Part shown: piece by piece, positions 38,001 to 45,800 of the stretch | Layout: the number at the start of each line of letters is the position of its first letter | Numbering within the stretch: position 1 is the first letter of the stretch | IMG/VR virus record: IMGVR_UViG_3300023174_000141 | Span: 12,064-76,063 of that record | DNA: 64,000 nucleotides | Origin: a virus | Direction: 5' to 3' (one strand) | Notes under the pieces: generated by a model | The model's input: the letters and a program-made list of their open reading frames with translations, nothing else | Told to the model about the DNA's origin: nothing | Databases searched by the model: none | Position numbers and translations under genes: made by a program

Positions 38001-40882
38001 TTGGTCGTAGCTCTGTGCTCTACCGCTACCTTGGTGGCGAGGGCGACATCCGTCGTCTGGCGGGCCGCCCCATCGTGTCGGCGGGCCACGACTACATGGG
38101 CTCAGTGCGTCAGATGTTCAAGCGGGCCATCGACTCGCTGAACCCGGAAGAGAAGAAGGGCCTCGAGCTGCTGTGCGACGCGCTCAACCAGCCGGCCGGC
38201 GCGCAGCGCAACCGCGCGCTGGAGCTACTGGGCTTCGACAACAACGGTGCGACGTTCCGCCTGGCTGACGCGGCGCGCCAGTCGACGCAGGACGCGGCAG
38301 TAAGCGCCGTGAACAAGCTCCTCTACCTCCAGACGAAGGAGAACGAGACGGACTTCGGCGCGGCGCTGGCGACGGCGATGCGCCAGGCGGTCGAGGCTTC
38401 TCCGACCCCGCGGCCCACGCACGAGATGCGCCTCGTTGAGGCGATGAGCTACATCGCCGGCAACACCAGCCGTGGCGGCGCACTCTTCTCGGGTAGCTCG
38501 GTCAACGCGGCGGAGGTCTTCCTCACCGACGTCGGGTCCATCTACAAGAGCGAAGAGGCGGCGCGTCGCGTCGCCGCGCTCGTGGGGGGCTACGGCTCGG
38601 CAGCACTCGGGAAGAACATCCTCGTCAAGCTCAACCTCGGCATCACCCCGGACGCCTACAAGGCGTTCACGAAGTGGATCGCGGGCGAGCAGTGGGACCC
38701 GCGCTTTACCGAGGAGATCCAGCGCGTCGTGGACCGCTACGGCTACAACCCCGAGTTCGTGGCCGACCAGGTGCTCGCGAGCGACATGTACATCCCGCGC
38801 ATGGCGCGTGAGCGTATGGGACAGGCCCTCGCCCGCTCGGTCTACCGCCCGACCACGGCGGTGACGGGTGGCGACGCGCTCAACATCACGTACCGCTACA
38901 TGAAGACCCGCATGACCCGTGGCTCGTTCGTGCTGCGCCCGAAGTACTTCATGGCGAACACGGTCGACCACTTCATCCAGATGGCGATCACCAACGGCTT
39001 CGGTGTGGCCGCGGTGTCGCTGACCCGCGTGCTGGCGCAGGACCTCATGGTGCTGCCGTTCTGGCAGCAGCTCGTGGACGCGGCGCAGAAGGTTCCGGTG
39101 GTCGGCGGCATGGTCCCGCGTGATGTGCTCGAGCGCACGCGAGCGATGCTCCAGAAGCAGGGCGACCGAGCCGCCGGTCACATCGGCAAGCTCTTCAGCG
39201 TGTCGAAGTACCGCATCGAGGTGAACCCCATCCTCGAGGGCGTTGACGGCGGCTTCGTGGTGGGTGGCAAGGTCTACCGCTACCGCGACATCCGCGACAT
39301 CGCGGTGCAGGAGCGCGTGTTCGCGTCTTACGACACGCGCCAGCTCGCCAACGCCATCGAGCGTGAGGGCGCGCTGTTCTTCTCTCCGACCCTCACGGGC
39401 TCGGGCGGGACGCTCACCACGGCTACGGGCAAGTCGCGCATCCGTGACTTCCTCGCCGACTGGCAGACCACGGTGTCGGACACCGCAGAAGCCTGGGGCG
39501 AGCGTGAGCGCCTCGGCGCGATGGTGTCGCTCATGGAGGTCGGCTACGACCCCCGCACGGCGGCGCGGCTCACGACGCAGGCCCTCTACGACTACAGTCA
39601 GTCCATGACGAAGGCCGACCGCTCGATTCTGGTGGGCATCATGTTCCCCTTCTGGGCCTTCCAGAAGAACGCCAACCAGCAGGTCTTCAACAACATCTTC
39701 AGCCCGTGGGGCGCGTACCGCATGATGTGCATCAAGCGGGCGCGTGAGCGCGGCATGGATGCGCTGGCGGAGGTCCTCTACAACGAGGTCGGGGGCGAGT
39801 ACGGTATCGACGTCGAGAGCATGCCGCCGGAGCTCCAGTCGTCCTACTACGCGGTCATCACGCGGTTCGAAGAGTCCTACCCGAACAGCGAGCCGCCTCC
39901 CGAGGCCAAGCGCGCGATGCGCATGCTGCTCGCGGGACGTGGTCGCATGGTGGAGGAGGGCAAGCTCGTCGAGCTCGCCGAGAACCTCCAGGATCTCCGC
40001 ATGAGCGGCGGGTTCGCGGACTTCCAGCGCTTCGCGGCCTTCGCCGTCGCGCGGCCCAGCAAGTCCGAGCGTCCGACCTACATGCGCGACCGCATCGGCG
40101 CCGCCATCCCGTTCCCCCGCACCGAGGCTGTGCGGATGTACTACTCGATGGCCGGCGACGACCACTCCTACATGGAGCTGTTCATCCCCGAGTCCTCCAT
40201 CGAGGCCGGCTTCCGCCACCTGACCCAGGTGAGCGCAGCGTACATGCTGATGGGGGCGGCTCCGGTCGACTTCCTGATGGGCGGCGACCTGACGCAGGGC
40301 GGCATGGACGAGGTCAAGCTCACTCGTGTGCTCGAGCCCATCGCTGACCCGGCGCGCTCCCCGCTCATCGCCCCGCTGCTCGCGGGCTCGGTCAGCGATG
40401 CGGTGCCGCCGCGCAAGGTCTCGAAGCGCCTCGCGGGCGCCGCCGAGGGTGTGACGAAGATCCACCCCTTCGTCGGGAAGATGATGGACGACGCCTTCGG
40501 GACGACGTTCATCCGCATCCCCGAGATCTCCGACCCCTTCGTCGTCGACCCCGACCGTGGTGAGCTGATGGGCCTGCCCCCCGAGGAGGCGCAGCGGATT
40601 CGCGAGCTCCAGAAGCAGTACCCCGATGTGGGTATCGTCAAGGACCAGCGCTACTACATCCCCGGCGGGACGTGGTCGGTGGCGTTCGACAACTCGCCGC
40701 TGGGCGAGCTCAACGCGCTCCTGCTGCGCTACGAAGCCAACCCGCTAGAGCGCTCCGACCTGCGCGGAGAAATCCTGAGCTGGTCGCGCGGGGCGCTCGG
40801 CCTTGATGTAGAACTGGTTTCGCCGCAGGCCGTCATTCGGCGTGAGGAGCCCACGAAGCTCGAGTCCACCAAGAAGATGTAG
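32030..40882 (+). CDS. giant polyvalent/ejection protein with ART-PolyVal-like and zincin (HExxH) domains
   Basis: F..WF.GS.VVD..G.PLIVY.G...G.YF...YLSLK.P...GFDGI...YVAF.P.QIRS (about 36023-36557). DASTVLHEVAH...EELFA.AFE.Y (HEVAH at 37055-37069). C-terminal LYDY...FPFW. Confidence 0.85.
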   Translation: MARNYEELKAALASEKAATQAPTAQQAVAPTPAAPVPAPAKSAGGIPSFLLPPAEPTKAKVQKSALPSSPKITAPAALRKAKLPTPAEVSAEVKAGAPRAQPGAAPQSPPAADIVLPPDLQKEVDWRKVYDASGVGVRTAKKNAAQLLGMEESELERISQAQGVDLDSIDKAKTKGRTFDEIMRAGRERGVLGFLPQDERLAVFRRTAETVEKAQRGEADDRPIELIKSGADRGLSGGGAAAGGMLGAAGGPIGAGVGAAAGSVLGSGGYMAAGTSTELPEVSKPGEYGYLASSLLAEALQKDPKASRIYDLYGRGVATGNTQQYITERTLDLLQRAGAAPGSAEAEELFPKFRRRAINEVLAYKTIGQWTPAITMQDVEVTEGAKAPGFFAALGPNVELVGINNKQQAVYRQESPLGVLFRVIDIPQEALVAKLEGQDAATGIQAGSNLFEYAIEHTKDESAYVRYPAMAAGFLASAFSPDLLLAGGAAQKAGKLAKRAYDVKKNGAKAIGLLETVAQARQAKDYVKATDAEKALRELSPGLADQLDRYDANAASLIELVDPNTDILREDMASLIGSQIPSSKEFAAERVFLHPSKRKEIVSGKLPKKHVPLPTYSGLFDTHDLMDRAAAAKQSYIANAPKSIDEYAQNFARGTTRDVLGKAVIGGAGVLTPAQIDEIADIVATHAPVALTDEQRFADLVRQDLKAHPEYGQAKYNIIRQVVYTPGKNKLRGRLDRKLTGIKGKTVVDLQTPDIALFDRVIAAIEKNNEARATGAALLREEIAKEAKLRVEPLNVFDDVSLKTPGGDPIRLSPGGVLWLRQVRNARPEMDFKDAYGAVTVVDQLVVAEAKKRGVDSFDLYRELLPTIRDATDAEILKYTGRPRGSAPPAAPAAPAAGGAPPAPAAPAAPAAPTAAAPAMPPALMGAPAVMTAPTAMTRQAAAAAATKLTAAAGLSPHGVLAAQFVAKLPVLMIEEDVTDLAQAKTILSDVSRNARDYYGAQGLQTGIFSAARDGAVSRAVAVGDVRVVVDQPKVDEAFTIYVLVGDKLSRIQAPQGLNPVAAMRRGVDEAEKMMEARVKAGQPAIKGAPVAVVSQPQMLPTPRVFPPVPEEIDLDITQALPATMSDEDIARAVEARVASGAPEEMAAEMTQALPPQRLTPAQRSAGFERLFQSGETPEPTARLFEEAEPTTEVTASLLEPTREIPRRRIRAELVRGEQDIQRRLAEGEAAFQRNIEEPRARLAELEPTAKVEAPAAERVAPEVAEEAPVAAEPVFQVEPKAEAPAAAAAEAVPPAARVEAAAPHRGSTFSSGKAARDAAESAKAQTTAAPEFASWFSGSQVVDDAGTPLIVYRGGTPADVIPTAAKAGSVQLGPGAYFGGVGLAEEFAGFRPGGEVGAYYLSLKRPFNEIESAKTDPELFNRFIGKMRDAGIPEKTLREIDRPYAGVLTDLSKDLAKVRGLTGSDAAWRAADEVNAALREVGFDGIVADWNRGNVQYVAFDPDQIRSATTKVEEAVSAGPAQPSGITPAAVAPVVAEEMSEGLKKALADVKKLRSPKATDKLLGEIAASTLAPAEKVRVYENLSSKLETLAAAEEDAIKQSELEGLLSKAADAEFRARGDAERALRESFAQAPEEGRGLKQISPTGDVKGVTELMADGRSVIILFQGADASTVLHEVAHVVRRNVLDQDDMNAIAKWVMSRGVGITGHRYGEFEGSPADVEQAEELFAKAFEEYVRAGVAPNNPAVQSAFDTLKTTIANIYRGISDPVIGVNLQPEVRQVFDKLLSETSEQSGASIKQVLRKEILGTNAREETGFLDVLSKEAQRKGIPMSSVEDLAKQFTTAQRNKAAANAPHVSFPVPVLGKKDWSLDDLAELQAAREVDTAVAAARKKGILLDLTGSRTSAAAVPEDDAVESLRSAIAHNDDDSMLTGKAKQASRVVAATFFGGDVVGENGMRGFPPELRNAINTTVAVVEQSVGDTVSLTNDALEVGRSSVLYRYLGGEGDIRRLAGRPIVSAGHDYMGSVRQMFKRAIDSLNPEEKKGLELLCDALNQPAGAQRNRALELLGFDNNGATFRLADAARQSTQDAAVSAVNKLLYLQTKENETDFGAALATAMRQAVEASPTPRPTHEMRLVEAMSYIAGNTSRGGALFSGSSVNAAEVFLTDVGSIYKSEEAARRVAALVGGYGSAALGKNILVKLNLGITPDAYKAFTKWIAGEQWDPRFTEEIQRVVDRYGYNPEFVADQVLASDMYIPRMARERMGQALARSVYRPTTAVTGGDALNITYRYMKTRMTRGSFVLRPKYFMANTVDHFIQMAITNGFGVAAVSLTRVLAQDLMVLPFWQQLVDAAQKVPVVGGMVPRDVLERTRAMLQKQGDRAAGHIGKLFSVSKYRIEVNPILEGVDGGFVVGGKVYRYRDIRDIAVQERVFASYDTRQLANAIEREGALFFSPTLTGSGGTLTTATGKSRIRDFLADWQTTVSDTAEAWGERERLGAMVSLMEVGYDPRTAARLTTQALYDYSQSMTKADRSILVGIMFPFWAFQKNANQQVFNNIFSPWGAYRMMCIKRARERGMDALAEVLYNEVGGEYGIDVESMPPELQSSYYAVITRFEESYPNSEPPPEAKRAMRMLLAGRGRMVEEGKLVELAENLQDLRMSGGFADFQRFAAFAVARPSKSERPTYMRDRIGAAIPFPRTEAVRMYYSMAGDDHSYMELFIPESSIEAGFRHLTQVSAAYMLMGAAPVDFLMGGDLTQGGMDEVKLTRVLEPIADPARSPLIAPLLAGSVSDAVPPRKVSKRLAGAAEGVTKIHPFVGKMMDDAFGTTFIRIPEISDPFVVDPDRGELMGLPPEEAQRIRELQKQYPDVGIVKDQRYYIPGGTWSVAFDNSPLGELNALLLRYEANPLERSDLRGEILSWSRGALGLDVELVSPQAVIRREEPTKLESTKKM

Positions 40883-40891
40883 GAGGTACAC

Positions 40892-41326
40892 ATGGCATCC
40901 GATCCCCGCTACGGCGGCTTCAACCACGCAGGCATCAGCTACAAGCACCAGGCCGCGCTCACGGCGGCGTACCAGGTGTTCACTCTCACGGCCGACCAGA
41001 CGAACTGCGCGCGCACCGCGGCGGTCCCTCCGTTCGCGCTGCTGAAGAACATCAACTTCGAGCTCGACACCATCGCCGCTGGCGCGTCGAAGGTGACGTT
41101 CTACTTGGCGCGCGACGCCGCGGGCGACATCCCCGTCACGACGGTCTACACCGCCGACGTGGTCTTCGGCCTCACGACCGCCACGAAGGGGGTTGCTATC
41201 GCGTGCATCGACCTCGACTACCACTACCAGGCTCTGGCGGCGGAAGTCCTCGGGACGCTGTATCTGGTGGTGAAGCTTAACGCCGGCACCGCGAACGGCA
41301 ACGTGCGCCAGCACTGGCGCGCTTAA
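40892..41326 (+). CDS. beta-rich putative virion protein
   Basis: RBS AGGAGGT. Confidence 0.7.
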   Translation: MASDPRYGGFNHAGISYKHQAALTAAYQVFTLTADQTNCARTAAVPPFALLKNINFELDTIAAGASKVTFYLARDAAGDIPVTTVYTADVVFGLTTATKGVAIACIDLDYHYQALAAEVLGTLYLVVKLNAGTANGNVRQHWRA

Positions 41327-41398
41327 AAGTTCATCTAGAACGCTGACCTAGCGCCCTCTTTCGACCTGTGATACCGTTTGCCGAAAGAGGGCACAGGC

Positions 41399-41983
41399 AT
41401 GGCTGACTCCGTCACTCAGTTCAGTGGAGGCTGGTACGCCGCCCCGCCGTCTACGGCGACGGCGACTGTGGCCTACACCGACGGTGTTCTGATCCCCGGC
41501 AAGGCGCTCAACAAGAGCGTCTCGCAGGCCACGACGACCATCAGCAGCATCGACACGAACGCGGCTGGGGTGAAGTTCTCCCTCTTCTACAGCCTTCGCT
41601 GCGCCTACAACGTCAACTTCGCCGGCCAGGTTCGGGCTCGCGTGTCGTGGGGCACGACGGCGGGCGCTGGCGCCGGCGCCACGGGCCGCTGGAATCTCGA
41701 CATCCGCCGCAAGGACACCGCCGGCAACGTCTCGACGATCAACGGTCTGGTGAAGGGTTCCGGCGCCACGCGTTCCATCGCCGGCATCGCGAACTACGTC
41801 GACAACCAGATCGTGACGAACGTGCCCGCCCAGACGTTCGTGCCCGGCGAGAGCCTCGTGGCGGTGCTTGAGTTCGAGGTCATCGGGACTGCTGCGGCGG
41901 CGACGCTGGGTGTTGTGGTCAAGACGAACCCGGCGACCTCGGGCGACGAGCTCATCGTTGAAATCGACTCTGGCACGCCGTAA
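41399..41983 (+). CDS. beta-rich putative virion protein
   Basis: Thr/Gly/Val-rich. Extended -10 TGATACCGT upstream. Confidence 0.7.
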   Translation: MADSVTQFSGGWYAAPPSTATATVAYTDGVLIPGKALNKSVSQATTTISSIDTNAAGVKFSLFYSLRCAYNVNFAGQVRARVSWGTTAGAGAGATGRWNLDIRRKDTAGNVSTINGLVKGSGATRSIAGIANYVDNQIVTNVPAQTFVPGESLVAVLEFEVIGTAAAATLGVVVKTNPATSGDELIVEIDSGTP

Positions 41984-41998
41984 GAGGGGGGCTGAACG

Positions 41999-42292
41999 AT
42001 GACGACGCAGATCGTAGAGACGGGCGTGAACTTCAACAAGCCGATCCAGCTCCCCGCGTGGGTTCTGGTTGTGCTGCTCGGTGGTGGGGGCTCCTACCTC
42101 ACATGGCACGAGTTCGGCCCCAAAGAGCCACCTGCCGCCGTCGCTGCGCCCCTGCACCACGACTGCGGTGAAGCTGTGAAGGCCGATGTCGCCGCGCTCA
42201 AGACCGACGTCGCGGCGCTCAAGGTCCAGATGGACCAGATGGACGCCCGCCTGGCGCGCATCGAGGAAGCCCTCATCAACGGAAAGAGGTAG
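41999..42292 (+). CDS. single-TM coiled-coil protein
   Basis: TM segment LPAWVLVVLLGGGG and DVAALK heptad repeats. Confidence 0.65.
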   Translation: MTTQIVETGVNFNKPIQLPAWVLVVLLGGGGSYLTWHEFGPKEPPAAVAAPLHHDCGEAVKADVAALKTDVAALKVQMDQMDARLARIEEALINGKR

Positions 42293-42295
42293 ACC

Positions 42296-42694
42296 ATGTC
42301 CTGCTCCGGCTCCGGCGGTTCCGCCTCCTGCACCTCCATCGGCAACGTCTTCACCGTGACGGGGTCGTTGACGAACTACGCGGCCACGACGGACCTCACC
42401 ATCGACACGGGTGGCGGTATCGCCACCGTCAACGTGCTGCGGGTCAAGGTCAAGCGGACCTCCGGTACCGCGGCGACGTTCACGCCCCGCCTCTACAACC
42501 TCTCCGGCGCGGCTGCTGGAAGCATCAACATGCAGTTCGAGGGGAGCTCCACTGCGGTGGCGACGCTCTTCGATGTGGCGTGTGCCGGCGTCGTGTTCCA
42601 GACGGATACCTCGGGGCAGTTCTTCCTCGAGCCCGGCCCGAACGCTGGCGCCGACAACGCTTTCGACTATGAGATCAGCTACGAGGTGATCTGA
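42296..42694 (+). CDS. beta-rich putative virion protein
   Basis: RBS GAGG, coupled to the fibre gene. Confidence 0.7.
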   Translation: MSCSGSGGSASCTSIGNVFTVTGSLTNYAATTDLTIDTGGGIATVNVLRVKVKRTSGTAATFTPRLYNLSGAAAGSINMQFEGSSTAVATLFDVACAGVVFQTDTSGQFFLEPGPNAGADNAFDYEISYEVI

Positions 42695-43500
42695 TGGCTG
42701 GGACGCAGGTTTTTCCGACTCCGCAAGCTACTGGCGGTGGTGCCGGGACCCCTGCGTCCTCGGTTGTCAGCGAGCAGAGCTTTGGTCAGAGCCCCGTCGT
42801 CGGGGTCTCGACCGACTACGCCCGTGGCGACCATTCTCACGGCACTCCTCCGAATCCGGGCTGGACCGATGGCGGCGCCGTTGCGTACCTGACGACCGGG
42901 ACCGACACGGTCACTGTCGGAGCATCGGCGGCGTCTGTCGCGAACCGAAAGCTGACCGTCGCGAACACGGGGACCAACCTGGGCGTGCGCGTCACGCCGC
43001 TGGCGGCTACCGACAACGTACTCGACGTCGCGCTCGCCGCAGACGCGAACGCGCGTTTCGCGGTCGACGCGAACGGCGCGCACACTTGGGGCCCGGCCTC
43101 AACCGCAGTCGATGTCCGGCTGCGCCGGGCTAGCGCCGGAACGCTCATCATCGACAACAACGCTGGCGGAAGCGCGGTGCTGTCGGTCCTGGGGTCGACG
43201 GTTGTTCAGCGGCTGTCCGTACAGCAGGTCACGACTGCGGCTTCGCCCTACGCCGTGTCTCTCATCGACTGTGTGGTGTTCGCGAATCCGGGAGGGGCCC
43301 AGACCATAAACCTTCCTATCGCTTCTGGCTCTTTGGCGGGACGGCTGATCACGGTCAAGCGCATCAACAACAGCGCGAACGTCGTCACCGTGGGCAGCCT
43401 GGGCGGCACTATCGACGGCGCCGCGACCTACGTCCTCGCCGCCGGCAGCTATGCCAGCGCGACGTTCACGACGGACGGCACTAACTGGTGGGTGATCTGA
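42694..43500 (+). CDS. fibre/appendage protein
   Basis: YARGDHSH motif and C-terminal TINLP...GR.ITVKR...TIDG...DGTNW module. Confidence 0.75.
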   Translation: MAGTQVFPTPQATGGGAGTPASSVVSEQSFGQSPVVGVSTDYARGDHSHGTPPNPGWTDGGAVAYLTTGTDTVTVGASAASVANRKLTVANTGTNLGVRVTPLAATDNVLDVALAADANARFAVDANGAHTWGPASTAVDVRLRRASAGTLIIDNNAGGSAVLSVLGSTVVQRLSVQQVTTAASPYAVSLIDCVVFANPGGAQTINLPIASGSLAGRLITVKRINNSANVVTVGSLGGTIDGAATYVLAAGSYASATFTTDGTNWWVI

Positions 43501-44657
43501 TGAGCTATACCCAGTACCCGGCCGTCATCCGTGAAGGAGCGCCCTCGGCGACGGACGACCGATCCGAAGGCTTCGTGGTCGGCGGCATGTGGATCAACAG
43601 CCTCACGTCCCCCCGTGATGTCTACGTCTGCGCCGACAGCTCTGTCGGAGCCGCCGAGTGGGTGCTGACCAACGGGGGCGGCGGTGGCGGCGGCACGCCT
43701 GCGTCAACCGTCGTGAGCTCGACCAGCTACGGGCAGTCGCCCGTCGTAGGTGTGAGCACGGCCTACGCTCGCGCAGACCATACGCACGGGTCGGTTCCCG
43801 TGCTCGCAGGACTGTTCGGCAACGGCTTCGACGGAAACCTCTCGGTGACGCCCGGCTCGACCTACACGCAGACGCAGGAGCGCATGTGGGGCGACGTCTA
43901 CATCCCGTCGACGAGCGTCTACAAGCCGGCGGGGTACCGTGTGCTGGTCAGCGGCACCCTCACCATCGACGCTGGCGGGTCGATGAATGACGACGGAAAC
44001 AGCGCCGTCGCGAACGTGCAGGGAGCGGCGCTCACGGTTCGAGGCTACCTCGATGCCTCGAGCGGGGCCGGCGGCGCTGGCTACAACCTGTCCACTGTCC
44101 AGGCCGGCAACGGCCTCGTGGGCGGGTCCGTCGTCAACAACATCTACAACCAGTCCCAGCTCCTGCCTACCGGCGGAGCGGGCGGTAACAGCACGACACG
44201 CGCGGCGGGGGCGGCGGGCACCACGACGCAGCTCGCCACCGGCGCACGTATCACGCAGATGTGGCCGTCTGGGCGCCAGCCGGGCCTCCCCGCAAGAGGC
44301 GGGAGCGGCGGAGGGGGCGGAGCGATCACGCTTACTGTCCCAGGTACCTCCATCTCTGGCGGCGGTGGCTCGGGTGCGGGCATCGTGGTCCTCTTCGCGA
44401 AGAACCTCGTGAACAACGGGCGCATCTCCGCCAACGGCGGGAACGGCGGGGACGCCAACTGCCCCGCGGGCAACAACGGTGCGGGCGGAGGCGGAGGTGG
44501 CGGCGGGCTCGTCATGGTCACGACCGGTACGCCCTACGCCAGCGTCGGAACGATCACCGCGAACGGTGGTACCGGCGGTACGGCGTCTGGCGCAGGCGCG
44601 ACCAACGGCGCCAACGGGACCGCCGGTAGCGTCTACATCGTGAGCTTCGGGGGCTAG
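43500..44657 (+). CDS. glycine-rich fibre/adhesin-like protein
   Basis: YARADHTH, FGNG.DG and polyglycine GGGGGGG / I.ANGG.GG repeats. Confidence 0.75.
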   Translation: MSYTQYPAVIREGAPSATDDRSEGFVVGGMWINSLTSPRDVYVCADSSVGAAEWVLTNGGGGGGGTPASTVVSSTSYGQSPVVGVSTAYARADHTHGSVPVLAGLFGNGFDGNLSVTPGSTYTQTQERMWGDVYIPSTSVYKPAGYRVLVSGTLTIDAGGSMNDDGNSAVANVQGAALTVRGYLDASSGAGGAGYNLSTVQAGNGLVGGSVVNNIYNQSQLLPTGGAGGNSTTRAAGAAGTTTQLATGARITQMWPSGRQPGLPARGGSGGGGGAITLTVPGTSISGGGGSGAGIVVLFAKNLVNNGRISANGGNGGDANCPAGNNGAGGGGGGGGLVMVTTGTPYASVGTITANGGTGGTASGAGATNGANGTAGSVYIVSFGG

Positions 44658-44658
44658 C

Positions 44659-44880
44659 ATGGTCATCGAGCGCAGCCAGCGCCTTCTTATCATCGCTATC
44701 GACGCGTCCATCGAGGACAACCTCGCTCTCGCGCAGGCGGAGTCGTGCGTCGCCGTCGTCCGCGGTGTGCCGTCCGAGCTCCAGGCTCGAGCCGTCGAGG
44801 AGGCCTGGGAGTTTCCCCGGGTCTACGTCGAAACGTGGGAAGAGGTCATTCCAGACCCCGACCCGGAACAGCCCGCATAG
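44659..44880 (+). CDS. small acidic protein (possible fibre chaperone)
   Basis: Directly follows the fibre gene. Confidence 0.6.
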   Translation: MVIERSQRLLIIAIDASIEDNLALAQAESCVAVVRGVPSELQARAVEEAWEFPRVYVETWEEVIPDPDPEQPA

Positions 44881-44890
44881 GAGCCGCATC

Positions 44891-45079
44891 ATGCCCATCA
44901 CTCCCGTCGAGATGGTCGACATCGGCAACGACGCCTTCCACATGGCGCAGTTCATTCTGCGTGCTCTCAAGGAAGACGAGCGCGGCCAGAAGAAGCTCGA
45001 CAAGGAAGAGATGAAGGAGCTGCTGAAGCAGCATCTCCTACCGCTCGCGGCCAAGGTCGCGCGCGACCTCGTCGACTAA
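44891..45079 (+). CDS. hypothetical protein
   Basis: RBS AGGAG. Confidence 0.7.
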   Translation: MPITPVEMVDIGNDAFHMAQFILRALKEDERGQKKLDKEEMKELLKQHLLPLAAKVARDLVD

Positions 45080-45080
45080 C

Positions 45081-45800
45081 ATGGACACGGGCTTCGACAG
45101 CGGACTCGAAACGTCCATCTGCGACAGCCTTGTCGCTCGTATGCGCCTGTGGGTGAACCCTCAGAGCGCGGAAGAACTGCACGGTTGCGACATCCCGCAG
45201 GGCTTCGTCTTCTCCATCCCGTACCACGACCAGGAGCCTTCCATCATGGACACCACCGTGCCTCCCATTCAGCCTGCCGCCCAGCCGGCTCCCGTTGCCG
45301 CGCCCGTGGCCGCCGCTCCTGCCGACCCGGCTCATAGTCAGGACAGCACCACTGCACCCGCCCCTCAGCCCTCCGGTATCACTGAGGCTGTTGTCGAGCA
45401 ACCCATCCCGCAAAATATCAGCGACGACCTCACCAAGGTGGTGGGTGCGGCTGGCGGGAACAGCGGCCTCGCGGTCATCCTCGCGCTTCTGGCCGTTGCT
45501 GGCGGGGCCGCCGGTTGGAAGTTCTGGACCAAGCTTTCGGAGCAGAAGCACGAGCAGAAGCTCAAGGAGATGGAGCTCGAGGCCCAGAAGGCCGGGCTCA
45601 ACGGTGCCCAGCCTCCTCCGTGCGTGGTGAAGCAGGCCGAGGTGGACGCGAAGATCGCGGCCCTCGAGGCACGCGTCGGAAAGAGCGAGCGCGCGTCTCT
45701 CGCCCTTCCGGATGACTTCGACCCGGAGGAGATGGACAAGCGCATCCGCAAGCTGGAGCTCGCCTCCGTGAAGGCCAAGGCGAAGAAGGCTAGCCCGTGA
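45081..45800 (+). CDS. membrane protein with coiled-coil C-terminus (possible lysis accessory)
   Basis: TM segment GLAVILALLAVAGGAAGW followed by a charged coiled coil. Confidence 0.65.
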   Translation: MDTGFDSGLETSICDSLVARMRLWVNPQSAEELHGCDIPQGFVFSIPYHDQEPSIMDTTVPPIQPAAQPAPVAAPVAAAPADPAHSQDSTTAPAPQPSGITEAVVEQPIPQNISDDLTKVVGAAGGNSGLAVILALLAVAGGAAGWKFWTKLSEQKHEQKLKEMELEAQKAGLNGAQPPPCVVKQAEVDAKIAALEARVGKSERASLALPDDFDPEEMDKRIRKLELASVKAKAKKASP

